Assembly (NCBI GenBank): GCA_951406725.2
Contig: OX597822.1
Span: 85,312,001-85,376,000 of the forward strand
Direction: 5' to 3'
Origin: Octopus vulgaris
Lineage: Eukaryota
DNA length: 64,000 nucleotides
Shown: one piece after another, positions 43,288 through 58,338 of the stretch
How the letters are laid out: each line of letters begins with the position of its first letter
Position numbering within the stretch: the first letter of the stretch is position 1
Made by a program: the position numbers and the translations under genes
Notes under the pieces: generated by a model
What the model was told of the DNA's origin: nothing
What the model saw: the letters and a program-made list of their open reading frames with translations, nothing else
Databases searched by the model: none

Positions 43288-43362
43288 CAGGTGGTGCTAT
43301 TAAGTTAGACATGGCCTGGGCCAATAATGGCCGAAACCTATCAAAGTATCAAAGTATCAAAG
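43288..43362 (+). mobile_element. Very short LINE/SINE 3' end with (TATCAAAG)3 tail inserted into an HHR-like repeat
   Basis: Flanked by a TAC duplication. Interrupts a repeat whose uninterrupted relative lies at 20660-20830. Confidence 0.55.
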
Positions 43363-43509
43363 TACACTCTTCAACAGAAAGGAATAAGAGAAAATTAACG
43401 GAGAGGGAATGAAAACAAATTGTAGATTTAGCAGTCAAGCATGGCGAATATGTTTACATATAAATACATAAACACATGTGTTGCATTAATTAGGATAAAA
43501 AGACGAACA

Positions 43510-43593
<84 letters not shown>

Positions 43594-43859
43594 TTCTCTT
43601 TTACATTACGGTATATTTCTATCGTGACACACTACTTCACTGTAAGCGAATAGAAAAGCGAAATGGTGTCCACAATTTTCCTTTTTACGTTTGTTAGTTC
43701 TTGCTCAAGGTTACTGGCAGTTTAGTTTCGGTAGGAATGGAAAAGCGAACGTCCATTAGTCTCAGTAATAAGCCTGTTGTCTATTACAATAAACCTGTAG
43801 CACTGTAATTATGTGTATGTGTTATGTGTGTATATGTAAATATATATGTATTATATATG

Positions 43860-43895
<36 letters not shown>

Positions 43896-44056
43896 TAAAA
43901 CATTTTAAAGGATTTTTAAGGATTTATATATATATATAAACTCACATATTATATATATGTACACACATTTATATTATATTATAGTATATTATACACACAC
44001 ACACACACACACACATATATATCTATATATATATATATATATATATAACAATTGCG

Positions 44057-44161
44057 GCGTGGAAGGTGTTTATAAGCCATTTAAGAAACACACAAAAGCC
44101 GTTCGATTCACTTCAACGGCTTTTGTGTGTTTCTTAAATGGCTTATAAACACCTTCCACGC
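44057..44161. repeat. Perfect 47-bp-arm hairpin with 11-nt loop
   Basis: 44057-44103 is the exact reverse complement of 44115-44161. Confidence 0.95.
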
Positions 44162-44617
44162 TGTTTTCGTTTCAGCACACGATCTCAGATCAAATTACTT
44201 GCTATGCGAGTACATCTCCGTAATATATATATATATATTTATATATATTTAGTTATAAAGGATTGCATTATAATATATAGTCCTCCCTCATCAGGTACAT
44301 TTAACATTTTAAACAAGATTTTAAACATCGATCTGGACATAGCCAACATTCGCTGACCCGGTGTAATCTCGAAGAGTTCCTCGATATATTCTCCCAACAC
44401 TAGCGGTGTCCCCCATCCCTGATGTTGTGTCCGAATGACGGAGCTAGGCCACGGATAAACATTTACACCTGCAGACTTTTAAATTGGAAGCAACATCATA
44501 AGAACTGCCGTTAAAATTTGTTGTTGATAACTAAGCGGATGAGTGTTATTCTGTGGTGATTGCTCGAAGCTATAGCATTGTCTTCGGTTGTGCTTTAAAG
44601 CTAAAAGGCATTTTAAA

Positions 44618-44653
<36 letters not shown>

Positions 44654-44834
44654 TCGAAGTGGTTATTATTTACTAGAAACCACTCACAAATAAGAGACTC
44701 GTGACGATTTTATAAATCGAAAATATGATTTTTTGTAAGAAAAAAGAAATTTGGGACAATCGCCAGAAAGGCTGACTTGCTAAAACATTTGGAAAACTTG
44801 AGTCAGTGAAACATGCAACCGACTGATAGGAGCG

Positions 44835-45292
44835 TGTATGTATGTATGTATGTATGTATGTATGTATGTATGTATGTATGTATGTATGTATGTATGTATG
44901 TATGTATGTATGTATGCATGCATGTATGTATGTATGTACTACGTACGTACGTATGTATGTATGTATGTATGTATGTATGTATGTATGTATGTATGTATGT
45001 ATGTACGTACGTATGTATGTATGCATGTATGTATGTATGTATGTATGTATGCATGCATGCATGCATGTATGTATGTATGTATGTACTACGTACGTACGTA
45101 TGTATGTATGTATGTATGTATGTATGTATGTACGTATGTATGTATGTATGTATGTATGTATGTATGTTTGTATGTATGTATGTATGTATGTATGCATGTA
45201 TGTATGTATGTATGTATGTACTACGTACGTACGTATGTATGTATGTATGTATGCATGCATGCATGTATGTATGTATGTACTACGTACGTACG

Positions 45293-45326
<34 letters not shown>

Positions 45327-45364
45327 TGTATGTATGCATGTATGTATGTATGTATGATTGTATG

Positions 45365-45400
<36 letters not shown>
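44835..45400. repeat. Compound (TATG)n microsatellite with recurrent TACTACGTACGTACG variant
   Basis: Variant block recurs four times (near 44937, 45082, 45219 and 45278). Confidence 0.9.
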
Positions 45401-45404
<4 letters not shown>

Positions 45405-45489
45405 CATCGAGAACACATGCATATGGTTGTATATATGTATGTGTGTGTATACGCATGTGTGTGAATATGAGTGTGCGTGAGTTAGTTTT

Positions 45490-45939
45490 CTTTTATTCTT
45501 TTATTTTTTATTCTTTTTCTTGTTTCTGTCATTTCTACCGCGGCCACGCTGGAGCACCGCCTTTATTCGAACAAATCGACCTCAGGACTTATTCTTTGTA
45601 AGCCTAGTACTTATTCTATCGGTCTCTTTTGCCAAATCACTAAGTTATGAGGACATAAACACACCAACATCGGTTTTCAAGCGATGGTGAGGGGGATAAA
45701 CATAGATACACAAATGCATGCATACATACACACACACATACACACATACACACACTCACACACACATATATATATACGACGAGCTTCTTTCAGTTTCCGT
45801 CTACCAAATCCACTCACAAGGCTTTGGTCGACCTGAGACTATAGTGGAAGACACTTGCCCATGGTTCCACGCAGTGGGACTGAACCCGGAACCATGTGGT
45901 TGGTAAGCAAGCTTCTTACCACACAGCCTCTCCTGCGCC
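45490..45939 (-). mobile_element. SINE family A (Ptf1a intron)
   Basis: Near full-length match to 8868-9302. Confidence 0.85.
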
Positions 45940-47175
45940 TATAGTGTTTAACATTTCATTATCCCCTAATTGGGATACGTTTAACTTGGTTAGTATTAAT
46001 TCTGTTGTTACATTGGTCAGAATCGGAACTGCGTCAGACAAAATACCTAGAGGTATTTAGCAATGGCATTCCTTATGTTCTGAGTTCAAATTCAACGAAG
46101 ACCAATCTCGCTTTCATCTTTCATCGATGAACACCCTCCCTCGAAATCAGAAGCCATTATCATCAGTTTCTAATGGAATCAATTAAATTGACGCCAGCAT
46201 ATTGGAAGGGATTTGTAGAGAAGGGAACGCTAAATTCTGTATAAAGCATTTGGTCTGTCACCATATTTGTATGAATTCTTTGCCCTTCGTTTTCTGAACT
46301 TGGAACCTGTGATCTTCATTTAATGTGAGCCTGGAGTGAGGGGTCAGACTCCCTTGGCTTTCCAGGGTCAATGATCCGTCGGATAATTACATCTGGATGA
46401 TGATTAACTAGACAATATTAGGCAGTTTGAACTTTATAGAATAAAGGAATTCTATTATGTGGCGATCAAAGTAATTTTTGAGACAATGATAAGGTAGATA
46501 AAAGGAAATGGATCGAACAGGAATTTAAAACTGGACTTGGGAATCGTCTTCGTGAAAACTAAATTTCTGTCTTAATACATTTCTGGAGAAATGGCAATGC
46601 CGTGTGTTTCAGAGAAGAGATAATGGGATGTTATGATGTTTTAGCGTTTATGCTGTCTCCTTAAGTTCTCTTCATTAAAAATAATTGATTCCAATCTGGA
46701 ATTTAGAGAGGAACTGACTCGCTTGAAGGATTAGGTTTTGAAGATTTGCTCTTTGGGGTTTGCACTAAAATCAATAATTATAGTTATTAGTAACCAATCA
46801 CAAATTTGAGGGAGAGTGTTAGTCGATTAAATCGACCCCAGTATATGACTGGTATCTCGATTTGATAAACAGCAAAGTTGAATTCGAACGTGATTAGGAC
46901 TCAGAATGTAAAGAACTAGAGCAAAAACTAAAAGTTATTTTGTTCAAGTCTTTAACGATTTTACTATTCTTCAATAATAACAATTCTTGTCAGTAAGATC
47001 CATTCCTACAATAAGACGTATTTCTTATTGAAAGAAGAAGACCTGAGACATCTGGGTCGTTTATACTTTTTTTCAAAGAGACAGAGATGATTTAACACTC
47101 AATCGTCTCAAAAGGTTTGATGAAACTCCTGCTAAAACAATAAAATAAAGAAACAAAGCAATGTTTCTGACTTAC

Positions 47176-47620
47176 CTCGATGACAGTGAATGATCACCTT
47201 TTTGGGTTGCTCCCCTACCGAGCGGTTGATGTTCTCTTTGGTCTGGACATCAGACTCGACGAGTTCCGTGAGGAAGCTGATGTAGCCAATAGCCAGACGG
47301 AGGGTGTCGACTTTGGACAGGCGCTTCTCGTACGGTAACGTCGGGATGTGCGCCCGTAGACCCTCAAACGCTTCGTTGATGCTCTGCATCCTCTTCCGCT
47401 CGCGAAGGTTAGCCGCTTGTCGTTGCTGAATCTGTTGCTGCGGACACCGCCTCTTCCGGCGTCGCTGCTTCACCAGACTCGTCGAATCCGTGTCGCCACT
47501 GCTCGGCGACGGCGATGACGAAGATGACGTCACATAGGTCATGTCATCGACTGGCGAATAGGCCGAAATGGAGAAATCGGTTAAGAAATGTTGCGAATGG
47601 CCAAAGTCTAGATTTTCCAT
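47176..47620 (-). CDS. Ptf1a: Ptf1a (pancreas transcription factor 1 alpha/Fer1-type bHLH), coding exon 1
   Basis: ATG at 47620. b[60 protein letters not shown] followed by [10 protein letters not shown], typical of PTF1A. Phase-1 donor G|GTAAGT at 47176/47175. Confidence 0.96.
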
Positions 47621-47754
47621 CAGGAGAAGCGCCAGCTTGCTGGATGTGGTGGGGGACGGCCAAAGAGGTTAAGCTGGTGTTTAGATGTAGAGGAATGTGT
47701 TTAGATTATTAATATCCGTTTAGGTAATGTGTTTGTGTGTGGGAGGTGTTTGTC

Positions 47755-47885
47755 GCCTTGTTTATAGCTCGGTTGATTTGGGGTGGGGAGCGAATCTTTT
47801 CTGTTTTTCTTTTTTATTTGTTTGTTGATGCCTTAGTGTTTAATATCACAAGTGGATGGAGTGGAGGGGGAGGTGGTTATTGGTT
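47755..47885 (-). promoter_or_regulatory. Putative Ptf1a core promoter (TATA and CCAAT boxes)
   Basis: Minus-strand TATAAA at 47766-47761, about 140 bp upstream of the ATG. CCAAT at 47883-47879. Confidence 0.6.
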
Positions 47886-47993
47886 GGTCGTCCTGTGGTT
47901 GTAGTGGTGTTGTCCACAGCTATGTAGTAGTAAGAATATAATTAATTGTGGTGGTGGTGGTGGTGGTAGTAGTAGTATTACTGCTAGTGGTGG

Positions 47994-48046
<53 letters not shown>

Positions 48047-48882
48047 GCGGCGACGATGAGGAGGAGGAAGAAGAAACGAAAGAGCAGCAGGAAGAGTACG
48101 AATAGTAATAGCGACTCGTTGCTTTTATGGTTATTATTATGATTACTACTGCAGTGGTTGTTGTTGTTGTTGTCGCTGTTTACTGCTGCTGCTGCTGATG
48201 ATGGTGGGGATGATGGTGGTTGTGGTGGTGGTGGTGGTGGTGGTGGTGATGTTCAGAATTATTGAAGAGGACAGGGGTATGAGGCTGATGGCGATAATTG
48301 GACATCTAACCACTATTAAATTCTATCAAATTCTATCAAATTCTATCAAATTCTATTACGTTGGTTCGCTGCCAGATATTGTTGCTGTTGTTTGACTTGT
48401 AGTTGTTGCTGTTTGTCGTCGATATTTTTTTTATTGTTGGTTTTGTTTTTGTTATCGTTCTTCGTTTTCTTCCTTGAGGAATGAAGAGAAAAAAATATAT
48501 GTAAATATATTTATATAAAACAAATATAACAAAGAAAAAAAAAGGTAAAAAAAAATAATCGTTGAAAATAAATTAAAATGCGGAAGGAAGCTGTAAATGT
48601 TTCTAGGAGGTGGTGATGGTGGGGGGGAGCAAGGGAGGAAGAGGAAGAAGCTGAGAAAAGAATTGAACGACGAAATATGACGATCGCTAAAGATGGTGAC
48701 GGCCATTGTAGAAATGTTGACGAAATCTGTGCTGGGGTTGGCGATGGTGGTGATGGTGTTGGTTGCAAGGACAGAATGGGAATAAGAGAAGGAAAGGGAG
48801 AGGAAGCAGACTCCTTAGAAGAGTAACAGGTAAGGGAGTGGAAGTGAAGTGATGAAGAAATATCTGAGTTCAACACTATAGA

Positions 48883-48972
48883 ATAATAATAATAATAATA
48901 ACAATCATAATAATGATGATGATGATGATGATGATAATGATGATAATGATGATGATGATGATGATGATGATG

Positions 48973-49013
<41 letters not shown>

Positions 49014-49089
49014 TATAATGATAATGATGATGATAATAATAGTAATTATAATGACGATGATAATAATAATAATGATGATGATGATGATG

Positions 49090-49156
<67 letters not shown>

Positions 49157-49265
49157 TAATAATGATGATAATAATAATAATAATGATAATGATGATGATG
49201 ATGATGATAATAATAATAATAATAATAATAATGACGATGATAATAATAATGATAATGATAATAAT
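48883..49265. repeat. Compound (AAT)/(GAT) trinucleotide tract upstream of Ptf1a
   Basis: Direct inspection. Confidence 0.95.
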
Positions 49266-49549
49266 TCAATCATACAAACAAGAGTTGTGTGTTATTTGTC
49301 GTTGCATTAATGCTATAATTATTGCTGTTGTTGTTGTTGATGTTGTTGTGTACGATGATATTGTTGTTATTTTTGTTGTCTATGAGTAATGAATAATATG
49401 ATGTTGGATTAGTAGAAGATTATCTTGGATTTGTGTGTGCCAATGAAGGAACCACAACGTGGCCACTCGTCCGAGTTTGTATGTGTGTGCGGAGAGAGGA
49501 GCTAAATTATTTTATACATATGTATATATTTCATCTGTGTGTATGTACG

Positions 49550-49653
<104 letters not shown>

Positions 49654-50335
49654 TGTGTGTGCGTGCGTGCGACTGAGAGCGAGAGAGACGGAGACAAAGT
49701 GTGACAAAGAGAGAAAAAAATGTCTGTAACATCCCATTTGGGGATTAAATTCACGTCAAGGTGTTGTTGTTAAGACTTTGTGAAATTAGGAAGAAGAGAC
49801 CTACGGCGAAAATGCCATCTCCTTGCAAGTATAGTATATCTAGAGGTGTAGAATATCTAGAGATACAGCGTTCTGTGTTTGTCTTAAATCACTGGCGATA
49901 AATCGAAGTAAACTACGTCTTTATTTCTAGCAGGGCAAGATGTTCGCTCATTATCTCGAAACTATTCCTTCGATCTAGTTATGCTGTTAAGTGCACATCT
50001 ATCATTTTCTATAAAGAATTCCAAAAATCAGATTAGATTTCCTTTCAAGACTTGTATTAAAAATTCAACCGTTTCTTCTGAACACTTGCCTTTAATTCAA
50101 CATGAAATATTAGATGTGAGCCACGGTGCAGTGAGAAACGAAATCAAACGACACCCACTCGAACTCGAAGAGAATTTCATGCATTCATTTCGATACATGG
50201 ATAAAGACAGCCATATTGCGGATGTGTAAGTGCAGATGTTTATATCTGTATATATACATACATATGCATGCGTATGTCTATATATATATTATACATAAAT
50301 GTATATGTATATATCTATGTATGTGTATATTGGTA

Positions 50336-50396
<61 letters not shown>

Positions 50397-50611
50397 GTCT
50401 CTCTTTTCATATATATATATATAGAGAGAGAGACGATCAGAAAATGGAGGAAAACAACATCTATATATACATTAAACTACGGTTTACCTTTTTAAATTAC
50501 CTGCTGCCGTATACCTTATGCCAAGGACCATACTTATGGAGGTAATTGCCAGGAATGCCTCTGGATATTTCTATTCCTTAGTAGGCTTAACACCTCTAAC
50601 TTATATATACA

Positions 50612-50707
<96 letters not shown>

Positions 50708-51167
50708 TATATGTTTTATATATATTATGATATATTATTATATATAATCCTATATAACATTATATTGTAATATAATATATGATATAATATAATACGTTTT
50801 ATTGCATTATATTATTTATTGAAATTTGTCATTTTCTGATAAATTATAAAATATTATAACTTGTGATTATTGCCTCCACATCCGTCGCTGATGTGGCGAC
50901 AGAACAGTTAACGAGTCGAATAAAATTCCTGAATGTATTTCTTGCGACTCCTCCCGTTCTGGATTGAAAGCAGGTCGAGACCATCGTTACCCTCCATTCT
51001 TTCGGGGTCGATGAAATAAGTACCAGTTAAATACTGAGGTTGATGTACTAGACTAACCTCCTTTCGCTAAAATCTAACCAAGTGTCTAAATGTAGAAAAT
51101 ACGTATTTTGATTAGGAACCGGAATAATGAAATGTAGTCATCATAAACAAGAATAAAAATCGGAATT

Positions 51168-51377
51168 TCATATTTTGTCACAAGACCAGCAATTTAGCGA
51201 CGGGGTATGACAAATACATCGATTTCCCCAATGCATAACTGGTACTTATTCTATCGACCATGAAAGGATGTAAGGCACAATTGACCTCGGCGGAATTCGA
51301 ACTCAGAATGTTAAGACATACAAAATGCCGCCAAGTGTTTTGCCCAGAGTGCTACCGATTCTGCCAGCTCGCTGCCT
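51168..51377 (-). mobile_element. SINE family B
   Basis: Reverse-complement match to the 59717 family. Confidence 0.75.
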
Positions 51378-51409
51378 TAATAACAATAATAATATTAAAA
51401 CAATAACAG

Positions 51410-51576
51410 GCCTGGTTGTATGGTAAGGAGTTTGCGTCCCAACCTCATGGTTCCCGGGCTCAGTTCAACTGTGGCAACTTTGCGGAAGTGTCTTCTGGTA
51501 TAGCCTTGGGTCCACCAAAGCCTTCTGAATGGAGTTGGCAGATTGGAAACGGAAAGAAGCCCGTTGTCTATGAATA

Positions 51577-51623
<47 letters not shown>

Positions 51624-51672
51624 GTGTGTGTGTGTGTCCCACGATCGCTTGACGACCAGTGTTGGTGTGTTT
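51410..51672 (+). mobile_element. Diverged partial SINE family A
   Basis: Head and body similarity. 3' end lost in a TA run. Confidence 0.65.
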
Positions 51673-51693
51673 ATATAACTATATATGTATGTA

Positions 51694-51996
<303 letters not shown>

Positions 51997-52516
51997 GTGT
52001 TTGTGTGTGTGTGCATAGTTGCACAAGTGCGCATGTATTTATAGATTGTAGTCTGCATAAATATATTTCTATGGAATTATATAGATACATAATTACATGA
52101 AATGAGGCTTTAATTGTTTCCAAATAAAGCGCAAGGTGAATCGTTTTGAGAGGAGGGGGTTAAGGGGATATCGACAACCCCAGTATTTAACTGGTACTTT
52201 AATTTTATGATGTCGGGGGATGAAAGATAAAGCGTTTTGAACTCGGAACGTAAAGACAGCCGCTAAGCATTTAAACCCTGTTTGCTAACGTGTGTGCCAA
52301 CTCGCCTTGATAACAACAACAACGCCAACAACAACAACAACAATGATAATAATAAGGATAATGATTATAATTACTTTTTCGAACATAGACATAATTTACG
52401 TGAATGGAAAATAATGGATTAAATCTGGATCTCATTTTTGTCAAGGTCCGCAATGATGAAATGAAGTCGTAATAAACATAAACAATGTCAATATAAATAT
52501 CATCATCATCATCATC

Positions 52517-52590
<74 letters not shown>

Positions 52591-52897
52591 CAACAAGTAT
52601 AATAATAAAAGCATCAATAATTATGCTTCTGATATAAACACAAAATCAGAAATTGAGGGGCATTTAGTTGACTAAAGATTGGAAGGATTTCAGTAGATGA
52701 GTGATGATGCTTTATTTAATCAACCTCGGAAAGATGAAAGTCAAAGCTGACCCCAAGTCGGTATTTGAAATCAAAATGTAAAGGACCCTAACTAAAATAC
52801 CGCAACACATTCTGCGCAACGTCAATCCGCCATCTTCTTAAATACAGACACATTATTATTATTTTTATTATAATACATTATCATTATTATTATTATT

Positions 52898-52955
<58 letters not shown>

Positions 52956-53439
52956 GGGATCGGTAAAGTCAGTGGAGCGTCGAACAAAATGAATTCAAGT
53001 TGCGCTGGGCAAACTTTCTTTTCATCTTTGCGGTGTGGATAAAATAAAGTACCAGTCACATACTAAGGTCAACATAATTGATTGTTCCTTAACCCACTCC
53101 TTTCAGGCCGTGTATTTATAACGGAAACTATTATTGTTGTTATTATTAAGAATATAAATAGCGGTGGTTACCTTGAATTCAACATCCGACATTTTCTTCT
53201 CACGTCTTCCTGTTGGGTGTGTGTTTTTTTTTTTTGCGTTGTTTTTTTTCTTTCTTTAAATTATTTTGTTTGTTTTCAATTATTTAAAAACAATGTCACT
53301 TCTTTGCCACAACTGTGTGATTTTTGTGGCACATAAAAAAAACTTGGTCCGCGATTTTCTTCGGGATATATATATATACAGCTTGTTTTTAATCCCTTCT
53401 TGGTTCTTCTTAAAGCTATCTGCAATTTGGCTTCCGAGA

Positions 53440-53610
53440 TCTGCCATTATAAATCACCTTAGCTAAGAGCTTTGCTGACGCAGAAGGGGGTGTCGGTTGA
53501 AGTTACGCGTGCCAATCAGCAGGCGCGACCAATCGACGCCCTTACTTTCGCCTGCGCCGCTCACCTCAACTGCATTTTATCAGCCAATCAATCGCTTTCG
53601 CTTTGATTTC
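53440..53610. promoter_or_regulatory. Candidate upstream enhancer (~5.8 kb 5' of Ptf1a)
   Basis: CpG-rich island with three CCAATC boxes (53512, 53529, 53584), TGCTGACGCA (Maf-like), CTTTGAT (TCF) and minus-strand TGATTTAT (Pbx-Hox). Confidence 0.45.
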
Positions 53611-53781
53611 TTCTTCTTGTCTTCTTCTTCTTCTTCTTCTTCTTCTTCTTCTTCTTCTTCTTCTTCTTCTTCTTCTTCTTCTTCTTCTTCTTCTTCTCCC
53701 CTTTATGTTTTCTTTTTCTTTTTCTTCTTTTCTTGTTTTTATTTCCTCTTCTCCTTCTCCTTCTCCCCTTCTCGTTTTCAT

Positions 53782-53818
<37 letters not shown>

Positions 53819-54972
53819 TTCTTCTTCTTCTTCTTCTTCTTCTTCTTCTTCTTCTTCTTCTTCTTCTTTACCATCAATCTCTTTAAAAGGTGACGATTTA
53901 ACCGAGTCATAATACAACCAGCATCCCCTAATTACCCCCTAGAAAATTAAAAACCCGTCCAGGTCAAAAACATTACTTCCATTCTGCCGGGGTTGTTAAA
54001 ATCAAAACAACACCCGTTAGGGGAGAGATGTCGTTAACAACAACAACAACAACAACGACCACCCCCTTCCCGCCATGCCACCCTCTCCTCTACATCGTAA
54101 TATTTTGTCCATGTTGTTAAATATATTTATTTCTCTCTCCTCTAGCACAGTGTGACATGTGTGACCCCTCATGTGGCGTGATCCGCACGCGGCCACTGTC
54201 ATCAACATCATCATCGTCATCATCATCCGCAGCAATTCCATCATCATCGTCGTTATCGACAATTCCCCGACACGATCGCCCTAACTGCAAGAAATAGAAG
54301 CCAAATCTTTTACACCTTCTTTCCTCTACATCTTTAAAAACCGAAACATTGGGTAGTATAGTTCTACATAGATGCAAATAGACGAGATGGTCATGGGGGG
54401 AACCTATTGGATAAGTTGCCTTCTTAATAAGCATTGGTCGCAGGTTAAATGTCATGGCCGTCATCAACATCATCAACATCATCATCATCATCATCGTCAT
54501 CGTCGTCGTCGTCTGCAGCAGGCTTGTAGTTACGCAGTAATGAATGCAGCTATGGAAAGGGTGGGGGAGGGCAGGAGGGGGGAAAGGCGATGAGGAAGAG
54601 GAAGAGGAAGAGGAAAATACATGGTGGGAGGTGGGGATGGATGGGAGGCGTAAAAAAGGAAGAGGAAAATTTATAGATGTGAAAGGTTTGTCTGTGTGCG
54701 CACGCGCGCGTGTATTGGCTATAATTGTTGCTTTTGTCGTTGTTTAACCCTGGGTCAACATTGATCCTGTTGACCTACCACCAAAGAAATTCCGGTCGTG
54801 ATCATCACACCTTTTCTTATTAAAGCATCGAAACGAAAACCGCTTTACTCAACAGCTTTTCTAAAAGCATAAAATGGGATGAGGGTGATTTGGTTACTAT
54901 TTCCAGCTCTTAGTTTGACTCCGTAGACATCGGAGGTTCAGCCGTGTTGCATGCATGTTTGCTTATGTTTGT

Positions 54973-55047
<75 letters not shown>

Positions 55048-55188
55048 GGTGTGTGTTTGTGTGTTTGCTTGTTTGTGTGTGCATGTGTGTTTGCATTTAT
55101 GTGCGTATTTGGTTATGCTTGTGTGTGTGTATTTGTGTGTGTGTGTGTATTTGTGTATGTGTGTGTATGTGTGTGTGTATTTGTGTGT

Positions 55189-55221
<33 letters not shown>

Positions 55222-55457
55222 CACGCGCGAGCTTCGGAGTTGTAACAGCTTAGTCTTGTTATTGTTGTTGGTGATGTTTAACCCCAGTCTACTCTGATTA
55301 AACAGACCGAGGGTGTTCCAGCCGTGACTATCTCATCTTTTGGCCTAAATTAATAATTATATTCTTTCTTTTTCATAAAATTATGCGAGATTTTTTGAGG
55401 AAGGAATCGGCTGCTATTTCCAGTTGTTTGGCTGACCACTTCAAAAGCTTCAAGCAA

Positions 55458-55489
<32 letters not shown>

Positions 55490-55593
55490 ACAACCAGACA
55501 GATATACAGAGAGAGAGAAATAAAGAGAAGATGAGAGTGTGTGTAGAGAGAGAGTAAGACAGAGAGGGAGAGAGAGAAAATGAGAAAGAGAAT

Positions 55594-55638
<45 letters not shown>

Positions 55639-55732
55639 TTTTGCTAAACGTGTTGATTTTGTCACTCAGGTTAAATATTAGGAAATTGACTCAGCTTATA
55701 CACGCAAAATTATGCACGCAAATACACACACG

Positions 55733-55774
<42 letters not shown>

Positions 55775-55798
55775 CATGCATACATACATACATATGTG

Positions 55799-55840
<42 letters not shown>

Positions 55841-56851
55841 TGCTCAACCAAATGAATGCGCACATCGCGCGCGAACGCACGTCTTACGTATGTAGGTGTG
55901 CGCGCGCACAACACAGACGAGTGCGCACACACTCACACACACACATATGTGTATATGCATATATGCACATATACATATATGTAAACGTATATATATATAC
56001 ATATATATATACTTACGTACATAAATACATATATATATATATGCGTGTTTGTTTGTGTGTGTGTGTGTGTAGAGAGAGAGAGAGACTCATAGACATATAC
56101 ATAAAGACACACACACACTGAGCTACATAAACTCCTAACAATTGTTTTACCATTGGGGGGACGATGTCTTGTGATCGTGCTTTTGTAGCTCAACACAATC
56201 TTAGTTGATGAAACCCAATCATTACAGCTTTTCTTTTTCCATCAATGACCATCCTGTCAAAATAGCAACTAACTTCACCTCATATCCCTTCAGCCATTTT
56301 AAGAAAACAGAGAATGCTTCATTGGACAATGCGGTTCTTCGATACACACACTATTCCGATCGATCGCCTGTATTCTCGATCAGGCTCACCTTGAGTTAAA
56401 CAACAACTATTAAACTAACAACAACAACAACAACAACAACAACAGTAACAACAAAAATTTATTTGCTGAAAACTTGCAGGTCATAAACAACAACTTCAAC
56501 GTTTATTCCAAGTCATAAGCTTAAACCTAACCATGCACAACGTAGCTGATGAGATGGACCTGTCCTACTCGACCATGAAACTTCAAGTCGTGTGGACCGA
56601 AGAGAAATTGTTTATTAAACATGTATGCAACTCATACCAAATGTGCTGAATGTTCAACCATTCTCAAACACACACACACACATATATATGCCTATTTGTA
56701 CATATATATTGGGCAAGTCAACTCTTGAGCGACTAAGATTATTTCCTAAACTCAGTAAGATAATGAAAATGTTCCAAGAGTCCAGGACGTTCCTCTGATA
56801 TATGTGTGTGTGTATGCACGTATGTATACACACACACACAAACACACACAC

Positions 56852-56883
<32 letters not shown>

Positions 56884-56935
56884 GTATATCTATATATCTA
56901 TCTATATATATACATATATATGTACATAATTATGT

Positions 56936-56992
<57 letters not shown>

Positions 56993-56995
<3 letters not shown>

Positions 56996-57212
56996 GGAAG
57001 GGGTGGGGAAGGCAGGAAGAGGGAAAGGCGATGAGGAAGAGGAAGAGGAAGAGGAAAATGCATGGTAGGAGGTGGGGATGGATGGGAGGCGTAAAAAAGG
57101 AAGAGGAAAATTTATAGATGTGTAAGGTTTGTCTGTATGCGCGCGAGTGTATTAACTATAATTGTTGCTTTTGTCGTTGTTTAACCCTGGGTCAACATTG
57201 ATCCACTTGACA
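56993..57212 (+). repeat. Diverged direct copy of 54552-54774
   Basis: ~220-bp colinear match, embedded in a TA microsatellite. Confidence 0.9.
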
Positions 57213-57257
57213 TACCATATATATATATGTGTGTGTGTGTGTGTGTATACGCACATA

Positions 57258-57295
<38 letters not shown>

Positions 57296-57633
57296 ATCAC
57301 ACACACATGTATAAAGATAAAACATGCACAAGCTGTTATGTATGGTATAAAAACATTTTTGAAGATTTTGCAAAAATATAATTAAGACAGTCCTTTGTAA
57401 ATCTTTACAGCTGTTTCAAAAATTTAGTGATATTAACACATAAGTATGATATATAAATCAATTTAAGATTTATGCAGCGTTATATCACCGAATCCTTTCA
57501 TCGAAAGGAAGGGAAACTCTAATTTTATATACTTAACATTATAACACACCACGTCAATAAAAGATGTGGGGACTCAGATCTGGTTCGACAACTAATCCGC
57601 TGCTTATCTCTTCTCATTCATCATCATCATCAT

Positions 57634-57712
<79 letters not shown>

Positions 57713-58256
57713 CACGCACACACACAGAATGCTAATACCTTTTGAATGAAAATAGACCATGTAGACATTTTTTCTGAAATTGAAGGTTAATGATATATCT
57801 TAAGCATACATTGTGTATATATTTAGCAGAAAATCATAATATTATAACATTTATTGACATAATGAATTATTTAACCAAATAAGCGCCGAGGATGAAATGA
57901 TCGGATTGTAGGACCTCCAAGACTGAAACAGCTAGGGATTTAAGGAATATTCGCCGCAAGTTACGTGGGAAACCTGGACAAACAAGCAAAGCCATTTTCA
58001 TCGCCCCTGGACTTCCTCGTGTACCGAAAACCACCAGAAATTGCATCCCCAGGACCATGGATATTAGCGTGGTTCACTCAAAAAACTGAAGAATCTAGAA
58101 TAAAAAAAAAAAAAAGAAAGGACGTTACACAGAATAACGAAAACATAACAGTGGTGTTGCCATTGTGTGCAAATCAGCTGGGAAACGTTTTATCAAAATC
58201 AATTCACAGAAAACCGAGAAATCCTAAATTTCACTCTTAAGCTATTAGCGTGGTTC

Positions 58257-58338
<82 letters not shown>

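Noticed and set aside
47132-47175. ORF-track C-terminus [13 protein letters not shown] of Ptf1a
   Set aside because: Intron read-through past a consensus GTAAGT donor. The real C-terminus is exon 2.
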